From NCBI RefSeq assembly GCF_964204645.1, contig NC_134025.1:3844001-3908000 (forward strand): a stretch of 64,000 bases of DNA, read 5' to 3'. Positions 14,401-29,598 of this stretch are shown here, piece by piece (the stretch's first letter is position 1; every line of letters starts with the position of its first letter). The notes below the pieces were generated by a model. It was not told the DNA's origin and ran no database searches. It was given only the letters and a program-made list of their open reading frames with translations. Origin of the DNA: Tubulanus polymorphus. Its lineage: Eukaryota > Animalia > Nemertea. The position numbers and the translations under genes are program-made.

Positions 14401-16749
14401 ACGTAATTACGTTAAGTCGCGTTTTGTCGAAATGCTGCGTCTATCTATGATGGAACTATCGACAGATATTCATTCAAGAATTCAAGAAAATAGAGGACAA
14501 ATAACAGAGTCATATCTGATTTGTATTCTGATATAAAGGCAATTTAAATTCCAGTTTCAAAAAAAAGAGGTAACCAAAGAATCATACAACGAACAAACCG
14601 GAACAGCCCATTAAAGCCACCTGTTGAAAGAAAACGAGAAAATGGACGTAAATTAACCTAACATGGAATAGAAATTAATCGTAGTAGTAAATGATTGTGT
14701 AAGGCTGCAGTTATAGGAGCTATAATTACTATATTCATTACATACCATCATGACAGTTCTTATGATCATAATTCAATATTTTTTACATATTCAATTTCCA
14801 TATTCCATTGTCGCCGTCAGAAATAACAGGTTTTATAGGTGTGGCAGATTGCGAGCCCCCATATTTGTCGGCTACAGCAAAGAACAACAGGTTGTCCGAG
14901 AAAGGTGGTTTTGATATTCGCGTCAAAGATCCACCTGGCGCAGCCTCATCCTACACTCCGCGGGACAATCGAACATCCTAAAATTAGCACATGTATTAGT
15001 GCTGAAAGGTCTTAGTTTTTTGTTTAAAGGATTAATGGGGTGTGCCACTTTGTATATATGATTCGGTACGGAAAAAAATTAAATCCAGAACAAATGTTGT
15101 GACTTTGTTCAGCAAACTTTGTGACTTCCAGCATTTGTGACTAGCATTTATCTAAACTATATTGATGAAAACAATTGTTCTCCGAATTTGAAATAGATTT
15201 TTAGTCGTAAGCAAAATAACTACTTTACAGCGCAGGCGCGAAGAAAAGCCCATCCGGGTGAAAACTTTATAATGACTTCTTATAAAAACCTCTGACTTCG
15301 AGTGTTCAAAAAATAACGGAATAAGATTTGTGATCTGTGACTCGATGATATGTCAATAAAGCGAACTGACAGGACAAATTCTTATTTTGCATATATTTTC
15401 AATTTTGTGTTCGCGACACTTCTGTTGATCAGTTAATGCTCACTTGAATTGCAAATATCTGTCAGATATGGGCACCTGACAGCACGCTGAATTCGAATTT
15501 AGCATATTACATTATTGTAAATATTGTAAAATACCGATAACAATATGCGCTACTGGAAATCCGATATCTCAGAAAAGCCAGAATGCGATTTCTCCATTAT
15601 TCGCGCCTTTGGGAGCGTAAGTTCTAAGGAAATTAGAAATAACCTCATCTAAAGTGTACCTTTCGTTGCGTATACACTGGAGATTATCAAGTGGATTTTG
15701 GCGCCAACAAATGATAACACAACGATTTCTAAAATCATATATATTCAAATCTGAGACCTCTTGAAGAATTGGAAACTCATTCACTGATATTTCATGTACT
15801 TTAACCCACAGGATTCGTTTCACCACCTGCGCCAAGCACCTGCGTAACCACCATGCAAAAACCTCACCCGTTTTGAGACAAACGTATTTAACCAAGTCCT
15901 ATCCTTCATAAAAACTAAATAAAACACATTCTAGTCGGGGTAGGATTTACTATAACTATGTTACCATCCTATATGTTTATGTGGGAGGGAGGGGTGTGAC
16001 CTTGCTCACCAGCTGAATACCCGGTTCTACCTGTAGACAGATAATTGTGTTATGCACGTGTTAAGTGTATAGCACGTGCGGGAACAAACGATTTTGGAAA
16101 CTCCTTACTGGTTTGGTTTATCGTCAAACATATCAACGTTGGTCCGGGTCCCCAATTTAACCCGTCCAATGTCCGCCATACTGTTTGCATTCATTCGGAT
16201 AAATGTATCATCGTCCTTGTCCAACAATTCACCGATATTTAATCCATACAGACGTCAAAAAGAGACAAAAAACATACATATATGGCATGATAAACGACTA
16301 CGAACCCATTCATAAATCCTATCCCTATTGAAACGCAGAGGTATTATGAAATGGTTTGTCTCTAAAGATCGAACATTAATAGGCGCGTGTCCGTCGGCCC
16401 CCATTTACCAGCATAACTGGCGACATTTTATAAATACATATCTTAAGTACAATAGAAATGGTTAATCTAGGTGTGTATGCGCGTTAAACCAGAATAATGT
16501 CATCAATCCGCTGCTGATCTGAGCTATCGGATTTATCCTAAAACTAGGTGATCATGGTTAATCTAGCGGAAATAGATTAAGATTTGGGGATCTGATGAGG
16601 AGATCTTATCCCGAAAACGTTCGTGTTGATAAACTATTTTACTCATTAGAAAATGAGTTTTTTATTGTTATCGCTTTCGATTATTTTACAAGGCAAAAGG
16701 GTGTAATTTGAAATATTTAATACGAACACGTCCAAATAAGAAAGGAACT

Positions 16750-16955
16750 TAGGGGGGCCAGGAGCTCGCTCCCCTCCCTATTTTTAGCTAACATTTTCAT
16801 AATCTGGCTCAAGAAAATTAGGCAAATGATTGCAAATAATATTGTTTGAAATCACTTATTTGTGTTTTTTCTTTTGTTTAAAGTTACTCAAAAAAGGACC
16901 AATTTCTTCACCACAGCACCCCCCCCCCCCCCCCCACAGCACCCCCCCCCCCCCC
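16750..16955. repeat. GC-ended repeat remnant with duplicated CACAGCA-polyC tracts
   Basis: GGGGGGCCAGGAGCTCGCTCCCC at the left end and two tandem CACAGCA(C)n units at 16912-16955. Confidence 0.5.
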
Positions 16956-19900
16956 TCACTTAGTTGGTTACCGGTTACCTAATCGCTGGCGGTAAGCTTT
17001 ATAATCGGATGGGCTTATCAATGTGGTTTGTGAAAATCCGATCGTGAAACTAAACCACAGACCCCTCTACACGGACCATCTACCATGTATACGACTAGGC
17101 CCTGTAAGTTTTGCCCTCGCATATTCCTAATTACTAGACCCGCACGTTTCCAATACTTACTCGGTCGCTTATTTATAACGGTAGCGATGGGCGCGCTGTA
17201 TCAAAATGAAGTGGAGCATCACTCAAGACACCCGCTCACATGGACGAGGTGACTACACAGCGTTACAACCTCATCTATCCCTCTTGGTTTCTCGCTAGAA
17301 GGAAGACCTGCTCAGGAGAAAATGTAATTTTAAGCCTTTTCAGATATTGAAATCGAGCGCGCTAACTCCGATCCATTTTACAAGTCATTCTTTATACCAC
17401 CGTGGGTACACGCTTCACTTCCTGTCCCGTTACCAAGCGCCATGAATGAGTGTCGAGTTGAAAAACCAAAACAAAGCATTAGACAGTAAATAGTGCTTCG
17501 TAACATTTTCCTGAATTTGTGGTTCTGGTGTAAAAACAAGTAAAAATATTCAAAATATGCATCCAGATCAACAGCGTTTCAGAATGCACACAACTAAAGC
17601 TAATATTCTAGATAACACATTAACATCTGATCTCAGTTGATTAGAGTCTGAATCGATGATTAGTTTTCTATTTTCAGTAACACGAAATAACTACATCAAC
17701 TGTGCGCTTCCAGCCCATTCCGCGACAAGTTTTATTTAGTGCGTGATATTCGCGACGGCTATTAATTAAAACAAGCAAACACGATAGATATTAGAAACGA
17801 GTTCGTTCAAATCAATAAATGGTATTCGGTAATATCTAGTTTGGAGAGGATGGTTTGAAAGTCTGCGAGTGAATATTTCAGAATTAAGCTCGTAATCCTA
17901 GAATTGCGTCATGTGACAGTCTCAGACGTCGAATTGAACTGCGCATGCGAGGTTTATTGTCCTTCGTATACCGATCGTGTGTTTTCATACATTAAAACGT
18001 AACAAAAACCAACCATAACGGACTTGTGTAATTTGCGTTCTTTTTTCTTTCTGTTTCAATATAACGTTGTTCTTTTATTGATGTATTTATTATACGTTTT
18101 GTAATTTTCTTTTACCGACATTTGTTCGGAAATGAAATTTTATTTTGCATTAAACCGAGTTCGCTTTGATGATTTCTTTCTACAAGAGAACGGTTTTAGG
18201 TTTTAATCTGAACACGGGTCGAGTTCAGTTATTAATGGACCGAAGGGATCGGGGATGTTAAACCTATCAAAAACCTTTGAAGAATAGGGGGTATTGCGCG
18301 CTTCATTCAATTCAATCTCGACGACTTGCGCGCTAGTTTGGCTTTTTCATCCAGGCCTGTCAAGAGAAGATTGATGACTTGGTGTGCCTTAAACTCACGA
18401 TAAATTACTTATTGTTTATGAGAATATCTGCGGATTAATCGGCCGGTATGGCAGCTGCCTCGCCCGTGCTTCTGATAACCTCGGCTTACCGCCAGGGCCC
18501 GTTTCCCCGGCATTATGCCTTATCTTCTATCGTCGAATCAACGCCGAATTTCAATTTCAGTACGTGTCAGCTCGCCAACTAACGTTACGTCTTTGATAAT
18601 GTAGTTGTATTTTCTAATATGTTTTGAAAACTCGGCATTTACATGACAATAAACAATGCGCAAACCAAGAAATAACAAGTACTTGATGAATGTTAATGTT
18701 GACGGATGACAAATTGGTCAGAAGAAGTTACATAAGGCTATGTGGACGTATACATTTGTGTCTATTGTGGATACGACAATATTCGAACAACGAAATTAAC
18801 AAAACATTTATCAAAACATCGCGACAGTTAAGCCGATTATTCATAAAACATACCAATTTTTCAAATTTTGTTTAATAGAAAAAAACGTTCGAAGTGACAT
18901 TTACTTTTTATAATGGAGGTAACAAACTGCGTATGCAAAAAAAAAATTAGCCGATTCATTGAATCTATCTAGTTTATTTATCGTCACTGGGGTGGCCACG
19001 GTAGATTACGAGAATATTACGTTTTCTCAGACCAAGTGTAAAAGAATCAATTGCCACCACATGTCACCGATTTATTGAGCAATATACCATACATTTAATG
19101 TAATTTATGAACGTCGGAATGAAATTCCGTTTATTTTGATTAAGACATTACTAGTGACCTCGCATCAACTGTTGTCGGTTTTTTATAGATCGATATTAGA
19201 ATGCCTACAGCTGTCTGGTTCTGCACGAATAACTAATCAATAGAAACTTGAAACTCACAAGACGATTAGCCTCGCGAATTAAATAGTATTTTGTTTAATA
19301 GTCATGAAATAATCATTTCACCTCTGGCTGTTTTAGAAGAGATGGCCATTGTTCTGATATGAGGCACGAGTCAGTCGGTCTTATCAGTTACGTTAATTGT
19401 TTTCGAAGTCACGACACATTGGCAATAATTCAACCAGAGACGACTGGCCGGACCCCTACTTGTCGAACTGTACCGTCTTAGTCACGGCAACAGCCGGCAA
19501 ACTTTGTCGAACGAAATAAATTAACATATATGATTTTGAGTAGTCGGTCGGTTTAGATTCACCACAACACAACAAGCTGACACAATGAGCTGGAAATGAA
19601 TATATTTCCATAATTCGCGCAATTACATATAAGGTGAAACCTATATGATATTTGACTGCGCATATTGAAAATTGTTTTCAGAATATCATGAAGAATATCT
19701 AAAAAATAGAATTCACTAGAATATTCCCGAAATCATCTGGAAACAGAAGTCCGCAATCTTATGATGCGCGTAACGATCGATAAGACGCTCTCTGTTCACT
19801 ACTGTTGTCTACGAGAGAGGGTGTTGATTGCAAGATAAATACGATTAATTTTCTAAATTTCTTCTCTTAACTGAGGATATCGAGCGAACATAGCGAGACA

Positions 19901-22900
19901 ACAGTCATTGATAGATTGCCACGTAAATTGAGTCACTAATACACGAAGCATGTTTTCTCTTTGGAAGAGAAAATCTACTCAAGAAATTAGGCTGAAACTT
20001 GTGTTTCAATGACGACGGAAAGCGCGGCCACGGCGCTTTGTGGAAATTGATCACCACCGCCGTTTCACACACAGCCGACCAGAGTCTGAAAGAGTTGTTA
20101 GCTTATATTAGGAGAGACCTAGACTTCATTAAAGAGAACTTTAATTCAAATTTTGACAAACACGGTGACTGATGAGAAGAGTTTCATTTAGACGGATTGA
20201 TTGGGTTTCTATACTAAGATGTGGGATTTACAGCAGCTTTATTGTGGTCTTTGTGTCACTCTCAGGTCCCAATCACGAGTTGTGCTCGATATCTGTGTAA
20301 CTGTAGACATTAATGAATTCACAATTCATTCTTCAAAAGTTCTAGTTCACGAATACGCGAAAACTTGCCGATATTCCCGTCCGCTTCTTTCTAACTCAAT
20401 TAAACCTTTTAGAAAATCAAGATAAAAGATAAAATTTACACATATACAAGAAAGAGAAATGTCAGGCTAGAGCTGAATATGTTTTCAAGTTTACACTATG
20501 TGCGACTGAAATTCGAGTAACCAAACCAACACACCCCGCCTTTTATAAAGCAGAAATCAGCTTAAAAACCAAATAGGCATGAACTATCAACGTGTCCGCT
20601 GCTATCCTCGGCCAGACTAATTCTGTTCAGTTTCCCGCCGTACAAGACGTTACTTACTGCTTCTGAATACCGAACTGCCACAAAACGCACGTTTTGATCT
20701 ATTTACTGTGCCCACTTTGGAACATTACTCTGATTTTAGATTAATTTCCTCATTACCGTGTAAACCGGAAGTGCCGCCATTGAAACAGCTAAGGCGACGT
20801 GAGAAGTGCAAGTGTCAACGTTCTATAGCATGACGAACAAGCAAGAGGCTAAATGTATCCGCGCTGTGATCGATCACCGCTCAACAAATAACAATAGAGC
20901 CGACCAGACGAAGATTTTTAAGGAGGAAAACTACTGAGAAAAACATTAAAAGCGGCTGCAGCGTATTGCCAGAACTTAAGGGGATGATCAGCCCGTAGCA
21001 GATCCAAATGAAAAAATATCAAATAGAGAATTCAAGAAAAAACTTGATTACTTTCAAGAACACGTGTATGGCCAAATTCCAGGCCATGTATCGTCAAACG
21101 ATGATTTGCAGTAGAGAGCCTACAGGTATCTCATCTGGAAAGGCTTGCTCGTTACGAAATGGGTTATCATTTCCAAGATGTCGTAAATACAGCAAAAGTC
21201 ATATCTCGCAAACATAAATTTGAAACCGTTGTGGTTACTGAAGATAAGGTATGAAAATCTCTATTGAATCACGCGAGGAGAAAAGTCAAACTTTTGTTAT
21301 TTTCACGTTCGGATTAAGTTGACATTGTCACAGCTGGTCCTGCTGCGGGGATAGTTGCTTCGTAATATCAGGTTTATCATAATTCGATCGCGAATGTGCC
21401 TTAGCTGAGTATCTATGTTCGGTGCCCACTCATACCTACCGCGTACCATTAGAATTTGAATTAATTACCCGATGATTATCATCGAGGTCTCATCTTGGTT
21501 TTTGCTTTGTTTATTTGCAAAAACGAAGAGAAAGGCTGTTACTATTAAACATGATATATTTATCACGTTGAGCATGCCAAAAGAAAAAAAGAACCCTATA
21601 TTCACGCGCATTTCTTGAGTCAAGTCTAATTTTTTGGTCTGATTCGTTCATTCAATCATCATGAACTGTTATCGAACGGATTATTGGAAATCAACCAGTT
21701 TGAGTTTGTATAGATGATTATTGTATCTGATGTATTTGAATTAACGACCATTTAACACGCGAGATGATGATTAGAAACACAACCTCAACGCGTTTATCAT
21801 TAAGTAAGAATGAAAACGAAAACGAAGCCATCATGAGAGCTCAAAGTCAATCATAAACAATAGCGATTCTGTGTAAAGAAAAAAAAACTCTTTCAATCTC
21901 TCAAACCATAAAATGGTCCTGAAAGGCAGTTTTCAGTTTTCTTCTAGTCTTCATCAATTCTTACGACAATGATGTTGGTTATCAAGATATCTTTATCGCC
22001 CGAGTCATTGGTCACATATTTGCTTTTTCACGGGTGCCTGAATGTACTGGGTCTAATGTCTTTCTGTCTCATTGATCCTCGAATACGACGGTTATCTCTG
22101 TACGGAGACGGTTGCAGCCGATCACGGGGCCTAAAAGAGAGCCGACTATTGAAAAACACAGAATGTCCGCGATAAATGAGAAAGAAACAGCCGAAAGATA
22201 AGGCTGACTGCACAAAACTAAATGATTGATGAGAAAGCTTAATGACATACTGATAATGCACAACTTGTAATTTCTTCAAATGGCAAAGTGAGACGACATT
22301 GTTAGAGCTTATGATGGTAGTAAAGAATTGACGTCGATATAACAATCTCAACTGCACATCACTAGCGACGGCTGGCCATGATGAACGCGACACAGAAGCG
22401 AACATTGCATTGTATAACTTCCAAGTGATTACATAAAAATGATACATTCGGAAATTTTCTTCAAAAAGTATCAGGCCTACTATACGCAGATAATCTTTTG
22501 TCTTACAAATCACCAATATTTACACCACAATATCCAGAGAAACACTATGCAGTTGTCTTCGCTATTATGGTGGTATAAACACAATTGTATTCATTTCCAA
22601 TTACTTTAAGATACGTGTAGTTGTAATTGACATAACGGTGTTAAATTCGTCAATGAATATGATTTCAGAGGAATGAATTGTTCAAAGTATGCAGTGTAGT
22701 GAAGTCAAGACGGTAACTTCCGTTGCCTCGGGCGGGCACACGGAATACATTAGCAATGAAATGAAAAACAATAAATTTTGGGTAATTTATTTTCATTGTA
22801 TTCTACCGATGGTTGGTCATAAGCTTTTGTCATACAAAACCGCATATGTTGTACAGTCGTTTCTAGCTATTGACTAAACTTTTGACGAAGTATGTCTGTC

Positions 22901-23274
22901 TAAGCGACCATTGGAACTTTGGCTTCAATCATTTGGAACGTGCGATCTATGTAAAGTTGTGGTTGACGAAGCGTTTTATCGTCTGAATGTCGGCGACCTG
23001 TCAGACGAGGATGACCGTCATATCGGGTCGCGACAACATTCACGAAGCAAACCGACTACGGGTTACCCTTCCTGACACACTACAACCTTGCAAGGTAAGT
23101 TGTTTATTAATCGTATCTGCCCGGGTAAAGGTAATAATCACTGCACGTGTGAATTATATAGCGAATAAAATGTAAAATGTTAGCCTTAATAAATTCAAAT
23201 TCCAAACTGAACCAATGATTAATCTCATTCAAAAACTGCATCTCAAAATATTTGTATCATCTTGCATTTATAGT

Positions 23275-24013
23275 ATGATGAACCCGTATCAATACAACGT
23301 TCAACCGATGTATGGCGGATATCCAACTACCCTACCGCCTAATCCTTCAGCACCATATCCACCAAATAACAACATGCCAGAAGCTAAGTATGTCGCCACG
23401 CCGATAGTCATGCAACAACCTTCACCCGCAATATCGAATGCGAATACCTGTTCGGTGGTGGTGAACGCTGGCGGAGGGGGTGGAGGAGATGGATCCGGAG
23501 GTAATACAGATTCAAGCAAGGAACGACCCTGGTCGACTGGAATATTCGCTATATTCAGCGACTGTAAGATCTGTAAGTACTGACGCGCCGAACAAAACGA
23601 CCGACGGAGTTCTTCTTTTCAATTAATTGTTTATTGTAATTCACAGGTATGTGCGTGACATGTTGTTACTACTGCAGTATGTGTGACATAGCAACAAGAA
23701 TGGATGAATCTTGTTTTGTCGGATGCTGTAATATTGATGCTGGAGGATGCTCATTTCCTGTTGGAGCTTTAGCATTACGTGTAAAACTTAGAACAAAATA
23801 CAACATTAAAGTATGTTTTAAAAACTCGCGCGTCGCATTCAATAGAAATTAACAACCCTGTGTCTGACCGACTGATATATATCGATGCTTTATTTTTTTC
23901 TATATTTTCAGGGTTCTATCCTCCAGGATATGTGTTGCTTATATTGGTGTCACTCGTGCGCAGTTTGCCAAATGATGCGTGAAATGGAAAAACTGAAGAT
24001 CGGAAGAGTCTGA
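23275..24013 (+). CDS. PLAC8/cornifelin-family cysteine-rich protein, 3 coding exons (23275-23572, 23647-23810, 23912-24013)
   Basis: Pro/Tyr-rich N-terminus, then WSTGIFAIFSDCKIC|MCVTCCYYCSMCDIATRMDESC...LRVKLRTKYNIK|GSILQDMCCLYWCHSCAVCQMMREM, the PLAC8 signature. GT-AG introns in compatible phases; probable 5' UTR donor CAAG|GTAAGT at ~23094. Confidence 0.9.
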
Positions 24014-24354
24014 ATCGATGCAACAGAAATTGGCTTTATTGGAAATTGATAGAAACTATACTTAATAAATTATATATCTATTAATTATCATCAATAAATT
24101 TCCGTCCGAATGAGAAAGTATAAACGTATTCGTCGTCATTTGTAAACATACCTGTAAACACCTTCAGTTACTCGTGGGGAGAGCAGTAGGTAGGAGTTCC
24201 CGAAGCCCTGACTAATCGAGCTATCTGTTGATACCAGAAAAACCAAATAACGTAATGTGACTAGGAGGCTATCTGAATACTGACAAGACACCATACAAAA
24301 TAAAGAATTCGTGATTCTGTGTGGGATTTACTAATAAACGTATTGCCCAAGTTT

Positions 24355-26163
24355 TCAGTATTTAGCATAGTCAAAATATCGAAGTACGTCACGACAGTGC
24401 GTGTTGATAGCTTTGACATCACTTAGATATGTTTTACTTTGCCAGGCCAGTGCGACGCGAGATGAGTTGTCTTTTCTTGTGCCCATGTTGCTGTATATAA
24501 TTTTTCCAGGATCGTTTTGCGTCATTTCCTTAATCGCCCTCATTACAGAAGCCGGTATATACTGAGGAAATCCCATGAAATTATACACATTTTGCACGGC
24601 CTTAAACGGATCGAAAGCCAGCGATTCGTATTTCAAGAAAAAGAATCGGTTTGGATATTTTTTTGCCATTTTTCGAAAAATAGCGACATCTTTACGCATA
24701 TAATCGCAGAACTGCTCAGCACCCACTGAACTGTCCTTTCGATTCGAAAATGATGCTCGAGAGCTGAGAGTACCCCGTGGATCGCGCACGTAGTAAATAA
24801 ACAACCAATCCGGATGCTTTTCTGTCAAATATTCAATAGTTTCCATCGAAGCGCGAATTATTTTTGCCGCACGAATGTTCGAAATTCTGCATCTCTCTAA
24901 TAATCCAGCCTCCTTTATACAAGTTTGTACTCCATCCGTTTCATATATTGGTTTCATGCACCGGTACCAATCTAATAACGCTTTCTTTTGTCTTTCATCG
25001 AGGGATATTTTTCCAGATATATTTCCGCGATTTTCTCTCATTTCGCTCAGTATTTGTGAACAGAAGTTATCATTAAGCGAACAGCGTAATGGCTGTAATA
25101 GGGTGTAGCACCTAGCCACATAACCTTGGCTACCAACTAGTTTTAATATACATTCATTGTAACGATTCACTTTAGTCCCCCAGTTCACGAAATGATGAGT
25201 AAGGACCTCTTTCATTACATTAGCTTCATCTAGTTCACAGTTCAATAGTCCGTTGAGAAGTTTTTCAATTGCCGCGGGATTTTCTTTAGTCAATCTAGAA
25301 AAATATCGAAAAAACTTGTATCGGAATGAAAATAGAATATTAATCAAAAATACCGTTTGAATGTAAAAAGACTCTACAAACTAACCGAAGAACAAGTGAT
25401 TGGCTTTGACCCATAGGAGACAAATGAACGCCGATCATGTTTAGGTATAGGTTAGCAATCGGCTCAAACCAAAGGAAGGCACGTTCGTTCTTCTCAAAGC
25501 TTTTTCCGATGAAAGTCGTTCCTCCGCGCATATATCCGTACAGAACTACTTTCGATGGCATCTGCCTTTGAGGATAGGTTTCATCTTCAAGAACAGAGGA
25601 ATCGTATTGTCTCTTTAGTTCATATTGTGGTGGTACCGTTGATGATATCGTGTTTTCCTGAAAAAAAAGGCGAAGTTAGTGAAGGAGCTTAACCAGTGAT
25701 GCAAAAATAATTACTGACCACATTTCAAATTCAATTATATACCTTCCGCAAGGGCGTAGATTTTTTTTGAGTTGGACATATTCGAGGATTGATATCCGAT
25801 TTTATTTCGTTTTCGTTGATCGATCTGGCTCCATAATACAGAAGACGTTCTCGGAATATCCAAATAACTAAAATACATGTCATTAATCGATTTACGACAT
25901 ATATACTTATAACAAAAACTCGTCCAGAAACTGGCTCTGACTTATTGGAAGTTTGTGAATACGGATAAATAATCCTACCTAAAATAAGGGTGATTATTAC
26001 TGAAATGTAGTATTTGCAAATCACAAATTTTCGCATCGGAATCTGTTGATTGATGAAGATCAGAACATTTTTGGGATTATCATAATTCAAACCGTGATGT
26101 CATGAATTCAAGCGCTGATGAGTTAAAGTAATCTGACCAAATACAAAATAGACTTACCGCCAT
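24355..26163 (-). CDS. Golgi carbohydrate sulfotransferase (CHST1/3/5-like, Gal/GlcNAc-6-O type); exons ~26158-26163, 25743-26042, 25386-25657, 24355-25294
   Basis: 5'-PSB motif GYMRGGTTFIG followed by LWFEP, 3'-PB motif YVRDPRGTLSSR, LKYESLAFDP, C-terminal CRDVLRYFDY, and hydrophobic N-terminal segments. GT-AG junctions join in frame; the ATG-GCG first coding exon is less certain. Confidence 0.82.
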
Positions 26164-26843
26164 GTCATTAATCCTTGTATGTTCCCAGATAATTTTGATA
26201 AACGTGTCCAGATTTAATTGAGGTTGCAGGTGACGCCCTTCACTTTTGGTTCAATGCAATTGAAAGGGATTGGCGAACTGTTGTTAACTTGCATTATGCA
26301 TGCAAGGCAAGATTCGGAACGATTGGAAACCATTTAAATGTATATTAAGATTTTTCGGGATTGAGTGACCAGTCCGAGGGGCCTTTGGGTTGTACGAGAG
26401 CGCATAGTAATTGTCCATCTACTACTAGATCCTACGTGAGAACTCTTGTTTTACAAAAGAAAAAAAAACATTTTGAGGCACAATCTGATAAAAAGGTTGG
26501 TCCAGATTTACTGACACTATTAGATGGAGCACTGCCCCGGTGCTCCGCCGAAATCCGCCACTGTAAATTCAATCCCTGCACTAGGCTTTTAACTCAGGGC
26601 ATCGAGCGGGGAGAAGAAACTGGGACTTATTTAAAAAAGGGAATTTTTCAGTTCACCGGTGTGGTGCGATCGGTCCATCTTTACCGGCGCACGCGAAGAC
26701 GCTCGAATAATGACGCTTTATTGGGATTCGAACCTCATCCGCATGACACCACTTTGTGGAGGTTACGTGGAGCCACCAATACAATTCAATCTGCGAATGT
26801 CAACAAATAAAGATAAGGCCGCAGTACCGACAACTGATTATAA

Positions 26844-29106
<2,263 letters not shown>

Positions 29107-29598
29107 AAGATAAAAAATACACTTCTATGGTCACAAATTACTAGTCAAGGTTCCACAATGCATTTACTGACATCTGAAAGGGAAGAATAGCACAGACCGT
29201 TGGAAATCAAAATCCCAGCTGTGATGATACAATCATCGACGTAACCACGCATTTTTGTTGTTATTGATGATGAAATAAACGTCAAACATTGTTATACATG
29301 ATATATTTGATGTCATTTTGATTAATCAGACGGATTTTAGGTTGTACATAAAAGTTGATGAACAGAAAGATACATTCGACCAGAAACTCATAACATCTAC
29401 AAAGAAAACTAGTAAAAACTCAATACATGTATTTTCATATTTGAATTTATTTACAACGAAAAACTAAATTTTCAAGAGGATAATACAGCATTACCGGATA
29501 TATGAACTATTCAGATGTAATTTCATGAAGGGCAAAGTGCTGAGAATAGTTTAAGGGGCTTTATACAAGTTAAGATATACCGGCTTGGGATAATTGAG

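Noticed and set aside
19996-20172. Protein-like open frame (FNDDGKRGHGALWKLITTAV...)
   Set aside because: Bounded by an upstream in-frame stop with no ATG or usable acceptor; no family recognised.
22028-22516. 162 aa minus-strand ORF
   Set aside because: Non-ATG start, no recognisable domain or splice structure; likely spurious.
26380-26412. GAGCGCATAGT resembling part of U4atac snRNA
   Set aside because: The intervening stem and U6atac-pairing 5' end are missing; only a short match.
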